Shown here: piece after piece, positions 34,467 through 47,231 of the stretch | Numbering within the stretch: position 1 is the first letter of the stretch | Layout: every line of letters begins with the position of its first letter | Assembly: GCF_013315695.1 (NCBI RefSeq) | Contig: NZ_CP054353.1 | DNA from: Escherichia coli | GTDB taxonomy: Bacteria; Pseudomonadota; Gammaproteobacteria; Enterobacterales; Enterobacteriaceae | Length of the DNA stretch: 64,000 nucleotides | Reading direction: 5' to 3' (one strand) | Program-made: the position numbers and the translations under genes | The notes under the pieces: model-generated | What the model saw: the letters and a program-made list of their open reading frames with translations, nothing else | The model's database searches: none | Told to the model about the DNA's origin: nothing

Positions 34467-35288
34467 TCAAAAGAACACGACATACACCGCAGCCGCCACA
34501 ATAAAGCGATAAATGGCGAACGGAATAAACGAAATGCGCTTAATCAATTGCAGGAAGGTTTTAATCGCTATCAGCGCCACCACAAAAGCGGTGATAAACC
34601 CAACGGCAAACATCGGGATATCGCCGGTTGTCAGGAAGCCCCAGCTTTTGTAGAGATCGAGCGCCGTTGCGCCCATCATCATCGGCACCGCCAGCAGGAA
34701 CGAGAACTCGGAAGCCGCATAACGGCTCACACCCATCAGCATCCCACCTGAAATGGTCGCCCCGGAACGGGAGAAACCCGGCCACAGCGCCAGACACTGG
34801 AAACAGCCAATCATAAACGCCTGACGATAGGTCATATCATCAAGACCCGGCGCACGCGGCTCTTTCGGCTTCAGGCATTCAGCGGCAATCAGCAACAGAC
34901 CGCCAACGACCAGTGCATACATCACATTTATCGGGTTAAACAATGATTTAATCGTGTCGTGGAACAACAGCCCCAGTACCACCGCCGGAATCATCCCCAG
35001 CAAAATGTGGATCAGCGTTAAACGGCCTTTGCTTTCTCCTTCGTGCTGCAACGGGCGACCAAAGTGAATACCAATAAGGCCAAACAGACGTCGCCAGAAC
35101 ATGACAACCACAGCCAGAATTGATCCTAACTGGATCACGACTTCAAAGGTTTTCGCCGTGTCGCCCTCAAACCCCAACAAGTGACCGACAATAATCATAT
35201 GGCCCGTGCTGGATACCGGCAGAAATTCTGTCAATCCTTCGACCACACCCAATATTGCCGCTATCAGCAGCGAGTGCATATCGCTCAT
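34467..35288 (-). CDS. uppP: undecaprenyl-diphosphate phosphatase
   Basis: ORF 34467..35291; start at [10 protein letters not shown] (273 aa). Confidence 0.9.
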
Positions 35289-35378
35289 CAATAAACCCCT
35301 AAATTATAAAAATGTAACGCTTGTCCGAACTACTGCAGTATGACCAGGTTATAACCGTTTGGTTTAACAGCTGTAAAA

Positions 35379-35747
35379 TTAATTATTTTCTTTCAGATTA
35401 TTGCCACGCTCAATGATGACACCAACATTCGCCGCCCGCGCCACTGCGCCTGGCTTGCTGAGTTTGATACGCACCCACGGCGAGTTGAAGCGTGCTAACA
35501 GCAGCTCCGCCACCTCTTCAGCCACGCGTTCCACCAGCGCAAAACGCGCCCCCTCGACGTGGCTGACCACCGTTTCTGCAATGTCAGCGTAACTGAGGCA
35601 ATCCGCCACATCATCACTTTTCGCCGCTTTACGGTTATCCCACGCCATTTCGATATCGAACACTAACTTCTGTTCGATGGTCTGTTCCCAGTCGTAAACA
35701 CCAATAGTGGTGATTACCGAAAGTTGCTCTATAAATACAATATCCAT
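35379..35747 (-). CDS. folB: dihydroneopterin aldolase
   Basis: 122 aa from MDIVFIEQLS. Confidence 0.9.
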   Translation of the reverse strand: MDIVFIEQLSVITTIGVYDWEQTIEQKLVFDIEMAWDNRKAAKSDDVADCLSYADIAETVVSHVEGARFALVERVAEEVAELLLARFNSPWVRIKLSKPGAVARAANVGVIIERGNNLKENN

Positions 35748-35851
35748 CACGTCCTGCCTGCTTTTTGGCTAACCGGATACCACTTCCGGCGAAATGTGCG
35801 TATTATCCACAGATTCATCGTTGAACACGAATTTTCAAAACGGAACAGCTT

Positions 35852-36469
35852 ATGAGTGCAATCGCGCCTGGAATGATCCTCATCGCGTACCTCTGCGGCT
35901 CCATTTCCAGTGCCATTCTGGTTTGCCGCTTGTGTGGGCTGCCCGATCCGCGAACCAGCGGCTCCGGCAATCCAGGCGCAACCAATGTGTTACGTATCGG
36001 TGGCAAGGGAGCAGCCGTAGCAGTACTGATTTTCGACGTTCTGAAAGGAATGTTGCCCGTCTGGGGCGCGTATGAATTAGGTGTCAGCCCCTTCTGGCTA
36101 GGCTTAATTGCCATCGCCGCCTGTCTTGGACACATCTGGCCCGTTTTCTTCGGTTTTAAAGGAGGAAAAGGCGTTGCTACCGCTTTTGGTGCCATCGCAC
36201 CAATTGGCTGGGATCTCACTGGAGTAATGGCGGGAACCTGGTTACTGACCGTGCTATTGAGTGGTTACTCGTCGCTGGGAGCGATTGTCAGTGCACTGAT
36301 TGCTCCGTTTTATGTCTGGTGGTTTAAGCCACAATTCACCTTCCCGGTTTCGATGCTCTCTTGCCTGATCCTGCTGCGTCATCATGACAACATCCAGCGT
36401 CTGTGGCGTCGTCAGGAGACAAAAATCTGGACGAAATTCAAAAGAAAGCGCGAAAAGGATCCCGAGTGA
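35852..36469 (+). CDS. plsY: glycerol-3-phosphate acyltransferase PlsY
   Basis: 205 aa membrane ORF, sequence recognised. Confidence 0.9.
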
Positions 36470-36481
36470 TTTCTGGTGGAT

Positions 36482-37414
36482 TTACATGACCTGATAGCCT
36501 TCGTCGGGCTTGCCCAGCCGTTGCTGGCACCATGCCGCCAGAAATTCCACGCAGACACGTAATTTCATGCTGCGATAGAGCGGCTCCCGGTAAACAGCCC
36601 AGATATTGGCGCTTTGTGCATACTCCGGCAATACTCGCACCAGTTTGCCACTCTCCAGAAACGGCAACACATCCCACTCGGAACGCAACATAATCCCTTT
36701 GCCCTCCAGCGCCCATTGCAACACTATCTCGCCGCTATTGGAGGAAAGATGCCCGCTTACCTTCACCGATTTTTTCTCCTGACCGTTCCCCAACTCCCAT
36801 ATTCCGTGGGTCATATCGCGCTCTTTGGTCACCAGACAATCATGACGACTTAATTCCTGTAAGGATTGTGGCTGCGGATATTTTTGCAGATACTCAGGTG
36901 CTGCGCATAATATTCTTTTATTTTTCGTTAACAGATGCGCAATATAATAATCAGGAATTTCGTCATTAATACGAATATCCAGATCAATATTATCCTGCAC
37001 TAAATCAATTTGCCGATCGAACAATTCAAAATGCACCTGTAACTCAGGATAATTGCGCATCAGTTCGGTAATGGCTGGCGCAATATGGCTGCGCCCAAAA
37101 CCAAAACTGCAACCAATACGAATCATCCCCTCCGGGCGCGTTTTGATTTGCGTGACGTCATCGACCAGTCGCTGATATTGGGTGAGGATTTCCAGCGCAT
37201 GCTCGTAACAACGTTGGCCACTTTCAGTCAGCGCCACGCCGCGAGCGGAGCGGTTCAGCAGCGTTGTTGCCAGCGTATTTTCAAGGATTTGGATCCGCTT
37301 GGTGACAAATGCAGGCGTCTGCCCAAGCGTCGCCGCTGCGGCGCTAAAACTCCCGCTGTGGACGATTTCTACCAGTACCTGCAAATCTTTGGCTAAAGGC
37401 CAGCTATTCAGCAT
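36482..37414 (-). CDS. ttdR: LysR-family activator of the tartrate operon
   Basis: 310 aa LysR-type ORF divergent from ttdA. Confidence 0.85.
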   Translation of the reverse strand: MLNSWPLAKDLQVLVEIVHSGSFSAAAATLGQTPAFVTKRIQILENTLATTLLNRSARGVALTESGQRCYEHALEILTQYQRLVDDVTQIKTRPEGMIRIGCSFGFGRSHIAPAITELMRNYPELQVHFELFDRQIDLVQDNIDLDIRINDEIPDYYIAHLLTKNKRILCAAPEYLQKYPQPQSLQELSRHDCLVTKERDMTHGIWELGNGQEKKSVKVSGHLSSNSGEIVLQWALEGKGIMLRSEWDVLPFLESGKLVRVLPEYAQSANIWAVYREPLYRSMKLRVCVEFLAAWCQQRLGKPDEGYQVM

Positions 37415-37620
37415 CGTTAATTATCCGCAGTTGTGATAAGCGCAGTGTATTTCGTAAAACATTGCCATTCCCTGCTCTGGCGCAATATTCATTCTTATTT
37501 TCGCGTTGATTCACGAACTGTGAATTACATATTCACGGCAGCAAAAAATATAAAACCACATTTTTAGTGGTAGTTTGTGGCGGTGAATTTTTCCAGACAA
37601 ATACATAAACTGGAGTTGCC

Positions 37621-38532
37621 ATGATGAGCGAAAGTAATAAGCAACAGGCAGTGAATAAGTTGACGGAGATTGTCGCTAACTTTACCGCCATGATTTCTAC
37701 CCGAATGCCCGATGACGTGGTGGACAAACTAAAACAGCTAAAGGATGCCGAAACATCGTCGATGGGAAAAATCATCTACCACACGATGTTCGATAACATG
37801 CAAAAAGCGATCGACCTGAATCGTCCTGCCTGTCAGGACACCGGCGAAATCATGTTTTTTGTTAAGGTCGGTTCCCGTTTCCCACTGCTTGGCGAGCTGC
37901 AAAGCATACTCAAACAAGCCGTGGAAGAGGCAACCGTCAAAGCGCCACTGCGTCACAATGCGGTAGAAATTTTTGACGAAGTAAACACCGGCAAAAATAC
38001 CGGCAGCGGCGTACCGTGGGTCACCTGGGACATCATCCCCGACAATGACGATGCGGAAATCGAAGTTTACATGGCAGGCGGCGGCTGCACGCTACCAGGC
38101 CGCTCGAAAGTGTTAATGCCGTCAGAAGGCTACGAAGGCGTAGTGAAATTCGTCTTCGAAAATATCTCCACCCTCGCCGTAAACGCCTGTCCGCCGGTAC
38201 TTGTGGGCGTTGGCATCGCCACCTCGGTGGAAACCGCCGCCGTGCTCTCGCGTAAAGCCATTTTGCGCCCGATTGGCAGCCGCCACCCCAATCCGAAAGC
38301 GGCAGAGCTGGAGCTACGCCTGGAAGAAGGACTCAACCGTCTGGGGATTGGTCCACAAGGGCTGACTGGCAACAGTTCAGTGATGGGCGTACATATCGAA
38401 TCTGCCGCCCGCCATCCGTCAACCATCGGCGTTGCTGTTTCTACAGGCTGCTGGGCGCATCGTCGCGGCACACTGCTGGTTCATGCCGATCTCACCTTTG
38501 AAAATCTGTCTCACACCCGGAGCGCGTTATGA
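37621..38532 (+). CDS. ttdA: L(+)-tartrate dehydratase alpha subunit
   Basis: 303 aa ORF, sequence recognised. Confidence 0.9.
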
Positions 38533-39134
38533 AAAAGATCCTGACAACCCCGATCAAAGCTGAAGATCTGCAAGATATTCGCGTCGGCGATGTGATCTAC
38601 CTGACCGGTACGCTGGTGACCTGCCGTGACGTTTGTCACCGTCGCTTGATCGAACTCAAACGTCCGATCCCTTACGATCTCAACGGCAAAGCGATTTTCC
38701 ACGCTGGCCCCATCGTGCGCAAAAACGGCGACAAATGGGAGATGGTATCCGTCGGCCCGACAACCAGTATGCGTATGGAAAGTTTTGAACGTGAATTTAT
38801 CGAACAGACCGGCGTGAAACTGGTGGTCGGCAAAGGCGGAATGGGGCCGCTGACCGAAGAAGGCTGCCAGAAATTCAAGGCGCTACATGTGATTTTCCCG
38901 GCAGGCTGCGCAGTACTGGCGGCAACCCAGGTGGAAGAGATTGAAGAAGTGCACTGGACAGAACTCGGGATGCCGGAGTCACTGTGGGTCTGCCGGGTCA
39001 AAGAGTTCGGCCCGCTGATTGTCTCTATTGATACCCACGGCAACAACCTGATAGCCGAAAACAAAAAGCTGTTCGCCGAACGCCGCGATCCCATCGTGGA
39101 AGAGATCTGCGAGCACGTCCATTACATCAAATAA
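38529..39134 (+). CDS. ttdB: L(+)-tartrate dehydratase beta subunit
   Basis: 201 aa; ATGA overlap with ttdA. Confidence 0.9.
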
Positions 39135-39181
39135 CCCTCCCGGAGAGGCTCGCCCCTCTCCTTTTTCGCAGGCATAACACG

Positions 39182-40645
39182 ATGAAACCTTCCACTGAAT
39201 GGTGGCGATACCTTGCGCCGCTGGCGGTCATCGCCATTATTGCTCTAATTCCGGTTCCCGCAGGGCTGGAGAGTCATACCTGGCTCTACTTTGCTGTTTT
39301 TACTGGCGTGATCGTTGGACTGATCCTCGAACCCGTGCCGGGTGCCGTGGTGGCGATGGTGGGTATCTCCATTATCGCCATTCTCTCTCCCTGGCTGCTG
39401 TTCAGCCCGGAGCAGCTCGCCCAGCCAGGTTTTAAGTTCACCGCCAAATCCCTCTCCTGGGCGGTTTCTGGTTTTTCTAATTCGGTTATCTGGCTGATTT
39501 TCGCCGCCTTTATGTTTGGCACAGGCTATGAAAAAACCGGGCTGGGGCGACGTATCGCGCTGATTCTGGTGAAAAAGATGGGGCATCGCACGCTGTTTCT
39601 CGGCTATGCGGTGATGTTCTCCGAGCTTATCCTGGCACCTGTAACACCGTCCAACTCGGCGCGTGGTGCGGGGATTATCTATCCCATCATCCGTAACCTG
39701 CCACCGCTCTATCAATCACAACCAAACGACAGCAGTTCGCGCAGCATTGGCTCGTACATCATGTGGATGGGGATTGTTGCCGACTGCGTGACCAGCGCCA
39801 TTTTCCTGACGGCGATGGCACCTAACTTGCTGTTAATTGGCCTGATGAAAAGCGCATCTCACGCCACACTGAGTTGGGGCGACTGGTTCCTCGGGATGTT
39901 GCCGCTCAGTATTTTACTGGTTCTGCTGGTTCCCTGGCTGGCTTACGTGCTGTACCCGCCGGTACTGAAGTCTGGTGATCAGGTGCCGCGCTGGGCAGAG
40001 ACGGAACTGCAGGCAATGGGCCCGCTCTGTTCGCGTGAAAAACGGATGCTGGGGCTGATGGTAGGCGCGCTGGTGCTGTGGATTTTCGGCGGTGATTATA
40101 TCGATGCCGCGATGGTCGGTTACAGCGTGGTGGCGCTGATGCTGCTTCTGCGCATTATCAGTTGGGACGACATTGTCAGTAATAAAGCCGCGTGGAACGT
40201 TTTCTTCTGGCTGGCCTCGCTTATCACCCTCGCTACCGGACTCAACAACACCGGTTTTATTAGCTGGTTTGGCAAACTGTTAGCAGGCAGCTTAAGCGGT
40301 TATTCGCCAACGATAGTGATGGTGGCGTTGATTGTGGTCTTTTATCTGCTGCGCTACTTTTTCGCCAGCGCCACGGCGTATACCTCCGCTCTCGCACCGA
40401 TGATGATTGCCGCCGCGCTGGCGATGCCGGAAATCCCGCTGCCGGTGTTCTGCCTGATGGTTGGCGCGGCAATTGGTCTGGGGAGCATTCTTACGCCATA
40501 CGCCACCGGACCCAGCCCGATTTACTACGGTAGTGGTTATCTGCCAACGGTGGATTACTGGCGACTGGGGGCAATTTTTGGGCTGATATTCCTCGTATTG
40601 CTGGTGATTACCGGCTTACTGTGGATGCCCGTGGTGTTGCTTTAA
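39182..40645 (+). CDS. ttdT: tartrate/succinate antiporter
   Basis: 487 aa polytopic ORF. Confidence 0.9.
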   Translation: MKPSTEWWRYLAPLAVIAIIALIPVPAGLESHTWLYFAVFTGVIVGLILEPVPGAVVAMVGISIIAILSPWLLFSPEQLAQPGFKFTAKSLSWAVSGFSNSVIWLIFAAFMFGTGYEKTGLGRRIALILVKKMGHRTLFLGYAVMFSELILAPVTPSNSARGAGIIYPIIRNLPPLYQSQPNDSSSRSIGSYIMWMGIVADCVTSAIFLTAMAPNLLLIGLMKSASHATLSWGDWFLGMLPLSILLVLLVPWLAYVLYPPVLKSGDQVPRWAETELQAMGPLCSREKRMLGLMVGALVLWIFGGDYIDAAMVGYSVVALMLLLRIISWDDIVSNKAAWNVFFWLASLITLATGLNNTGFISWFGKLLAGSLSGYSPTIVMVALIVVFYLLRYFFASATAYTSALAPMMIAAALAMPEIPLPVFCLMVGAAIGLGSILTPYATGPSPIYYGSGYLPTVDYWRLGAIFGLIFLVLLVITGLLWMPVVLL

Positions 40646-40687
40646 GTGAGGACGGTGCCGGAAGTGACTCTCCGGCACCCAATAGTT

Positions 40688-41701
40688 TTACGCGGCCGGT
40701 AACTCCGCCAGCGGCCAGCGCGGACGCACGCTAACGCCGAGATCCGCCGTCGCGCCTGCTTTAAACCGCACCATTCCGGCATAGGCGATCATCGCGCCGT
40801 TATCAGTACAAAATTCCGGACGCGCGTAGAACACTTCGCCACGGCGTTTTTTCATCATTTCAGCCAGCTTCGCCCGTAACGTGCGGTTAGCACTCACGCC
40901 GCCTGCCATTACCAGTCGCTTAAAGCCCGTCTGATCCAGTGCTCGCTTACACTTAATCATCAACGTATCGACCACCGCATCTTCAAAGGCGCGGGCGATA
41001 TCAGCACGCGTCTGGTCGTCGGTGCCGTTGTCACGAATCGTGTTCGCCGCAAAGGTTTTCAGACCAGAAAAGCTGAAATCCAGCCCCGGACGGTCGGTCA
41101 TCGGGCGCGGGAAGACAAAGCGCCCGGCAGTACCCTGAGCCGCCATTTTCGACAGTAACGGTCCGCCAGGATAATCCAGCCCCAGCAGCTTCGCGGTTTT
41201 ATCAAACGCTTCACCGGCGGCATCATCAATAGACTCACCGAGCAGCTCGTACTGACCAATGCCAGTCACGCTGATTAACTGCGTATGACCGCCGGAAACC
41301 AGCAGCGCGACAAACGGAAATTCCGGTGGGTTATCTTCCAGCATCGGCGCTAACAGATGTCCTTCCATATGATGTACCGGGATTGCCGGAACGTCCCAGG
41401 CAAACGCCAGAGAACGCCCCACGGTCGCGCCAACCAGCAGTGCGCCGACTAATCCTGGGCCTGCGGTATAGGCCACAGCATCAATGTCTTTTGCCGTTAA
41501 ACCAGACTCCTTTAGCGCCTCCTGGATCAACGGTACGGTTTTACGCACGTGATCGCGGGAGGCCAGTTCAGGCACGACGCCGCCGTAGTCAGCGTGCAAT
41601 TTCACCTGACTATACAATTGGTTGGCTAACAAACCTTTTTCATCGTCGTAAATGGCGATGCCGGTTTCATCGCAGGAAGTTTCAATACCCAGTACACGCA
41701 T
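40688..41701 (-). CDS. tsaD: tRNA N6-threonylcarbamoyladenosine synthase TsaD
   Basis: 337 aa ORF, sequence recognised. Confidence 0.95.
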
Positions 41702-41899
41702 GACTTGTTTTACCTCGCTTTATTACCGCGCAGTGTAGGACCAATGCGGGTTGATGTAAAACTTTGTTCGCCCCTGGAGAAAGCCTCGTGTATACTCCTC
41801 ACCCTTATAAAAGTCCCTTTCAAAAAAGGCCGCGGTGCTTTACAAAGCAGCAGCAATTGCAGTAAAATTCCGCACCATTTTGAAATAAGCTGGCGTTGA

Positions 41900-42154
<255 letters not shown>

Positions 42155-42264
42155 TTCCCCGAGAGCGTTGCTCTCCGATCAGACCGAGTTGTAGTTGTAA
42201 GGCCGTGCTTCCGAAAGGAATGCGCGGCTTATTTTCGTTTATGAATTGCTAAAAATCGGGGCCT

Positions 42265-44010
42265 ATGGCTGGACGAATCCCACGCGTATTCATTAATGAT
42301 CTGCTGGCACGCACTGACATCGTCGATCTGATCGATGCCCGTGTGAAGCTGAAAAAGCAGGGCAAGAATTTCCACGCGTGTTGTCCATTCCACAACGAGA
42401 AAACCCCATCATTCACCGTTAACGGTGAGAAACAGTTTTACCACTGCTTTGGATGTGGCGCGCACGGCAACGCGATCGACTTCCTGATGAACTACGACAA
42501 GCTTGAGTTCGTCGAAACGGTCGAAGAGCTGGCAGCAATGCACAATCTTGAAGTGCCATTTGAAGCAGGTAGCGGCCCCAGCCAGATCGAGCGCCATCAA
42601 CGACAAACGCTTTATCAGTTGATGGACGGTCTGAATACGTTTTACCAACAATCTTTACAGCAACCTGTTGCCACGTCTGCGCGCCAGTATCTGGAAAAAC
42701 GCGGATTAAGCCACGAGGTTATCGCCCGCTTTGCGATTGGTTTTGCCCCCCCTGGCTGGGACAACGTCCTGAAGCGGTTTGGCGGCAATCCAGAAAATCG
42801 CCAGTCATTGATTGATGCGGGCATGTTGGTCACTAACGATCAGGGGCGCAGTTACGACCGTTTCCGCGAGCGGGTGATGTTCCCCATTCGTGATAAACGC
42901 GGTCGGGTGATTGGTTTTGGCGGACGCGTGCTGGGCAACGATACCCCCAAATACCTGAACTCGCCGGAAACGGACATTTTCCATAAAGGCCGCCAGCTTT
43001 ACGGTCTTTATGAAGCGCAGCAGGATAACGCTGAACCCAATCGTCTGCTTGTGGTCGAAGGCTATATGGACGTGGTGGCGCTGGCGCAATACGGCATTAA
43101 TTACGCCGTTGCGTCGTTAGGTACGTCAACCACTGCCGATCACATACAACTGTTGTTCCGCGCGACCAACAATGTCATTTGCTGTTATGACGGCGACCGT
43201 GCAGGCCGCGATGCCGCCTGGCGAGCGCTGGAAACGGCGCTGCCTTACATGACAGACGGTCGTCAGCTACGCTTTATGTTTTTGCCTGATGGCGAAGACC
43301 CTGACACGCTGGTACGAAAAGAAGGTAAAGAAGCGTTTGAAGCGCGGATGGAGCAGGCGATGCCACTCTCCGCATTTCTGTTTAACAGTCTGATGCCGCA
43401 AGTTGATCTGAGTACCCCTGACGGGCGCGCACGTTTGAGTACGCTGGCACTGCCATTGATATCGCAAGTGCCGGGCGAAACGCTGCGAATATATCTTCGT
43501 CAGGAATTAGGCAACAAATTAGGCATACTTGATGACAGCCAGCTTGAACGATTAATGCCAAAAGCGGCAGAGAGCGGCGTTTCTCGCCCTGTTCCGCAGC
43601 TAAAACGCACGACCATGCGTATACTTATAGGGTTGCTGGTGCAAAATCCAGAATTAGCGACGTTGGTCCCGCCGCTTGGGAATCTGGATGAAAATAAGCT
43701 CCCTGGACTTGGCTTATTCAGAGAACTGGTCAACACTTGTCTCTCCCAGCCAGGTCTGACCACCGGGCAACTTTTAGAGCACTATCGTGGTACAAATAAT
43801 GCTGCCACCCTTGAAAAACTGTCGATGTGGGACGATATAGCAGATAAGAATATTGCTGAGCAAACCTTCACCGACTCACTCAACCATATGTTTGATTCGC
43901 TGCTTGAACTGCGCCAGGAAGAGTTAATCGCTCGTGAGCGCACGCATGGTTTAAGCAACGAAGAACGCCTGGAGCTCTGGACATTAAACCAGGAGCTGGC
44001 GAAAAAGTGA
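42265..44010 (+). CDS. dnaG: DNA primase
   Basis: 581 aa; zinc-binding CPFHNEKTPSF motif. Confidence 0.97.
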   Translation: MAGRIPRVFINDLLARTDIVDLIDARVKLKKQGKNFHACCPFHNEKTPSFTVNGEKQFYHCFGCGAHGNAIDFLMNYDKLEFVETVEELAAMHNLEVPFEAGSGPSQIERHQRQTLYQLMDGLNTFYQQSLQQPVATSARQYLEKRGLSHEVIARFAIGFAPPGWDNVLKRFGGNPENRQSLIDAGMLVTNDQGRSYDRFRERVMFPIRDKRGRVIGFGGRVLGNDTPKYLNSPETDIFHKGRQLYGLYEAQQDNAEPNRLLVVEGYMDVVALAQYGINYAVASLGTSTTADHIQLLFRATNNVICCYDGDRAGRDAAWRALETALPYMTDGRQLRFMFLPDGEDPDTLVRKEGKEAFEARMEQAMPLSAFLFNSLMPQVDLSTPDGRARLSTLALPLISQVPGETLRIYLRQELGNKLGILDDSQLERLMPKAAESGVSRPVPQLKRTTMRILIGLLVQNPELATLVPPLGNLDENKLPGLGLFRELVNTCLSQPGLTTGQLLEHYRGTNNAATLEKLSMWDDIADKNIAEQTFTDSLNHMFDSLLELRQEELIARERTHGLSNEERLELWTLNQELAKK

Positions 44011-44204
44011 TTTAACGGCTTAAGTGCCGAAGAGCGATCGGGAAGCCCCCGACAGCCGCACAGAGAGGCAGCGGCAAATATATAAGTACGCCCTCGTAAT
44101 TATCGTTGGCGGTAAACAACCGTTGGATTTCAGCGTTAACGGCTGAAGGACATCGGGTCAATCGCCCAACACCAACCTCATGAAATAAGTGTGGATACCG
44201 TCTT

Positions 44205-46046
44205 ATGGAGCAAAACCCGCAGTCACAGCTGAAACTTCTTGTCACCCGTGGTAAGGAGCAAGGCTATCTGACCTATGCCGAGGTCAATGACCATCTGCCG
44301 GAAGATATCGTCGATTCAGATCAGATCGAAGACATCATCCAAATGATCAACGACATGGGCATTCAGGTGATGGAAGAAGCACCGGATGCCGATGATCTGA
44401 TGCTGGCTGAAAACACCGCGGACGAAGATGCTGCCGAAGCCGCCGCGCAGGTGCTTTCCAGCGTGGAATCTGAAATCGGGCGCACGACTGACCCGGTACG
44501 CATGTACATGCGTGAAATGGGCACCGTTGAACTGTTGACCCGCGAAGGCGAAATTGACATCGCTAAGCGTATTGAAGACGGGATCAACCAGGTTCAATGC
44601 TCCGTTGCTGAATATCCGGAAGCGATCACCTATCTGCTGGAACAGTACGATCGTGTTGAAGCAGAAGAAGCGCGTCTGTCCGATCTGATCACCGGCTTTG
44701 TTGACCCGAACGCAGAAGAAGATCTGGCACCTACCGCCACTCACGTCGGTTCTGAGCTTTCCCAGGAAGATCTGGACGATGACGAAGATGAAGACGAAGA
44801 AGATGGCGATGACGACAGCGCCGATGATGACAACAGCATCGACCCGGAACTGGCTCGTGAAAAATTTGCGGAACTGCGCGCTCAGTACGTTGTAACGCGT
44901 GACACCATCAAAGCGAAAGGTCGCAGTCACGCTGCCGCTCAGGAAGAGATCCTGAAACTGTCTGAAGTATTCAAACAGTTCCGCCTGGTGCCAAAGCAGT
45001 TTGACTACCTGGTCAACAGCATGCGCGTCATGATGGACCGCGTTCGTACGCAAGAACGTCTGATCATGAAGCTCTGCGTTGAGCAGTGCAAAATGCCGAA
45101 GAAAAACTTCATTACCCTGTTTACCGGCAACGAAACCAGCGATACCTGGTTCAACGCGGCAATTGCGATGAACAAGCCGTGGTCGGAAAAACTGCACGAT
45201 GTCTCTGAAGAAGTGCATCGCGCCCTGCAGAAACTGCAGCAGATTGAAGAAGAAACCGGCCTGACCATCGAGCAGGTTAAAGATATCAACCGTCGTATGT
45301 CCATCGGTGAAGCGAAAGCCCGCCGTGCGAAGAAAGAGATGGTTGAAGCGAACTTACGTCTGGTTATTTCTATCGCCAAGAAATACACCAACCGTGGCTT
45401 GCAGTTCCTTGACCTGATTCAGGAAGGTAACATCGGCCTGATGAAAGCGGTTGATAAATTCGAATACCGCCGTGGTTACAAGTTCTCCACCTACGCAACC
45501 TGGTGGATCCGTCAGGCGATCACCCGTTCTATCGCGGATCAGGCGCGCACCATCCGTATTCCGGTGCATATGATTGAGACTATCAACAAACTCAACCGTA
45601 TTTCTCGCCAGATGCTGCAAGAGATGGGCCGTGAACCGACGCCGGAAGAACTGGCTGAACGTATGCTGATGCCGGAAGACAAGATCCGCAAAGTGCTGAA
45701 GATCGCCAAAGAGCCAATCTCCATGGAAACGCCGATCGGTGATGATGAAGATTCGCATCTGGGGGATTTCATCGAGGATACCACCCTCGAGCTGCCGCTG
45801 GATTCTGCGACCACCGAAAGCCTGCGTGCGGCAACGCACGACGTGCTGGCTGGCCTGACCGCGCGTGAAGCAAAAGTTCTTCGTATGCGTTTCGGTATCG
45901 ATATGAACACCGACCACACGCTGGAAGAAGTGGGTAAACAGTTCGACGTTACCCGCGAACGTATCCGTCAGATCGAAGCGAAGGCGCTGCGCAAACTGCG
46001 TCACCCGAGCCGTTCTGAAGTGCTGCGTAGCTTCCTGGACGATTAA
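44205..46046 (+). CDS. rpoD: RNA polymerase sigma-70 factor
   Basis: 613 aa; acidic insert and regions 2-4 recognised. Confidence 0.97.
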   Translation: MEQNPQSQLKLLVTRGKEQGYLTYAEVNDHLPEDIVDSDQIEDIIQMINDMGIQVMEEAPDADDLMLAENTADEDAAEAAAQVLSSVESEIGRTTDPVRMYMREMGTVELLTREGEIDIAKRIEDGINQVQCSVAEYPEAITYLLEQYDRVEAEEARLSDLITGFVDPNAEEDLAPTATHVGSELSQEDLDDDEDEDEEDGDDDSADDDNSIDPELAREKFAELRAQYVVTRDTIKAKGRSHAAAQEEILKLSEVFKQFRLVPKQFDYLVNSMRVMMDRVRTQERLIMKLCVEQCKMPKKNFITLFTGNETSDTWFNAAIAMNKPWSEKLHDVSEEVHRALQKLQQIEEETGLTIEQVKDINRRMSIGEAKARRAKKEMVEANLRLVISIAKKYTNRGLQFLDLIQEGNIGLMKAVDKFEYRRGYKFSTYATWWIRQAITRSIADQARTIRIPVHMIETINKLNRISRQMLQEMGREPTPEELAERMLMPEDKIRKVLKIAKEPISMETPIGDDEDSHLGDFIEDTTLELPLDSATTESLRAATHDVLAGLTAREAKVLRMRFGIDMNTDHTLEEVGKQFDVTRERIRQIEAKALRKLRHPSRSEVLRSFLDD

Positions 46047-46061
46047 TTGTAAAGATGTGCA

Positions 46062-46090
46062 TAAGCCCTCCATCGTGAGGGCTTTTTTTT
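46062..46090 (+). terminator. rpoD rho-independent terminator
   Basis: stem agccctc/gagggct followed by eight T. Confidence 0.7.
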
Positions 46091-46104
46091 AAGGAAATCT
46101 GGCA

Positions 46105-46668
46105 ATGCAGCAAGGATACTACTCTCTCCCCGCCCTTATTTCCGCTCTCGATGCCGGGAAAAAGGTGAAATACCTGTGGTTCTGGGGCCATCAACCTGCC
46201 GCGAATCACGAAATTACCGCCTCTTGCTTTAGCCAGTGGTGGCAGGGTTCGCCTTTTACCTATGATGGTATAACCTATGCCACCGCAGAACACTGGATGA
46301 TGGCGGGAAAAGCGCGGCTGTTTAATGACAGTAAAACACTTGCCAGAATTCTGGCGGCGGCGACCCCGGCAGAAGCCAAAAAGCTGGGGCGACAGGTGAC
46401 AAACTTTGACGAGCAATGCTGGCAAGCTTGCTGCTTTGATCTGGTCTGCGAATGGAACTACCATAAATTTAGCCAACATTCGGCATTAAAAACATTCCTG
46501 CTGAATACGCAGCCTCGCATTCTGGTTGAAGCCAGCCCGGTGGATAAAATCTGGGGGATTGGCCTTGCAAAAGATCATCCCCATGCCGGTGTGCCATCTC
46601 ACTGGAAGGGGAAAAATCTGCTGGGATTTGCGCTTATGGTAGTCAGAGACCGTTTGGCGGAAGAATAA
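46105..46668 (+). CDS. NADAR-family protein (YbiA-like, DUF1768)
   Basis: 187 aa; motifs shared with E. coli YbiA (TAEHWMMAGK vs TSEHYFQAQK; IWGIGL...KGKNLLGFALMVVRDRL vs YWGDGGHGKGKNRLGYLLMELREQL); AAGGA RBS. Confidence 0.7.
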   Translation: MQQGYYSLPALISALDAGKKVKYLWFWGHQPAANHEITASCFSQWWQGSPFTYDGITYATAEHWMMAGKARLFNDSKTLARILAAATPAEAKKLGRQVTNFDEQCWQACCFDLVCEWNYHKFSQHSALKTFLLNTQPRILVEASPVDKIWGIGLAKDHPHAGVPSHWKGKNLLGFALMVVRDRLAEE

Positions 46669-46724
46669 GCCAGTAGCGGTGAGGAGCGGTGCCTGGCCCG
46701 CTCATAACTTCGTTACACTGTACT

Positions 46725-47231
46725 TCACAAGCCACGCACTACCAGCGCCTGGTCCAGCTCGCGATACGCTTCAACCAGTTTCTCCAGTGAAACGCGACTT
46801 AAACCACTGGGATTTGGCAGCACCCAAATCTGCGTCGAACCAATGGTGAGCGTTTGTTTCCCCCACTGTGCACCGCGCTGGCTGAATCCCTGTTCATATG
46901 CTTGTTTGCCCAGAATCGCCAACGCCTGCGGCTGATAATCTTCTATTTTTTCAATTAGCTTACGCCCGCCTGCGTGCAGCTCCTGCTTTGACACTTCATT
47001 GGCTTGCACCGTTGGACGGTCTACCAGTTTGGTGACGCCACAACGATAATCCAGCAGATGCTGTGCCTCCTGCGGCTTCAACTGACGGTCGGTAAACCCG
47101 GCCTGATATATCACCTTCCAGAAGCGATTTGCCGGATGAGCAAAGGGAAAACCAGTCCCGGCGGATGAAAGCCCAGGGTTGATACCGCAAAACACGACCC
47201 GTAACCCTGGAGCCAAAATATCCTCAACCAT
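46725..47231 (-). CDS. mug: G/U mismatch-specific uracil-DNA glycosylase
   Basis: 168 aa ORF, sequence recognised. Confidence 0.95.

Noticed and set aside
44316-45218. 300 aa ORF on the minus strand inside rpoD (and several further antisense ORFs in the same region)
   Set aside because: Fully antisense to the well-supported rpoD frame; open only because of the acidic/low-complexity rpoD codon bias; no RBS or recognisable domains.
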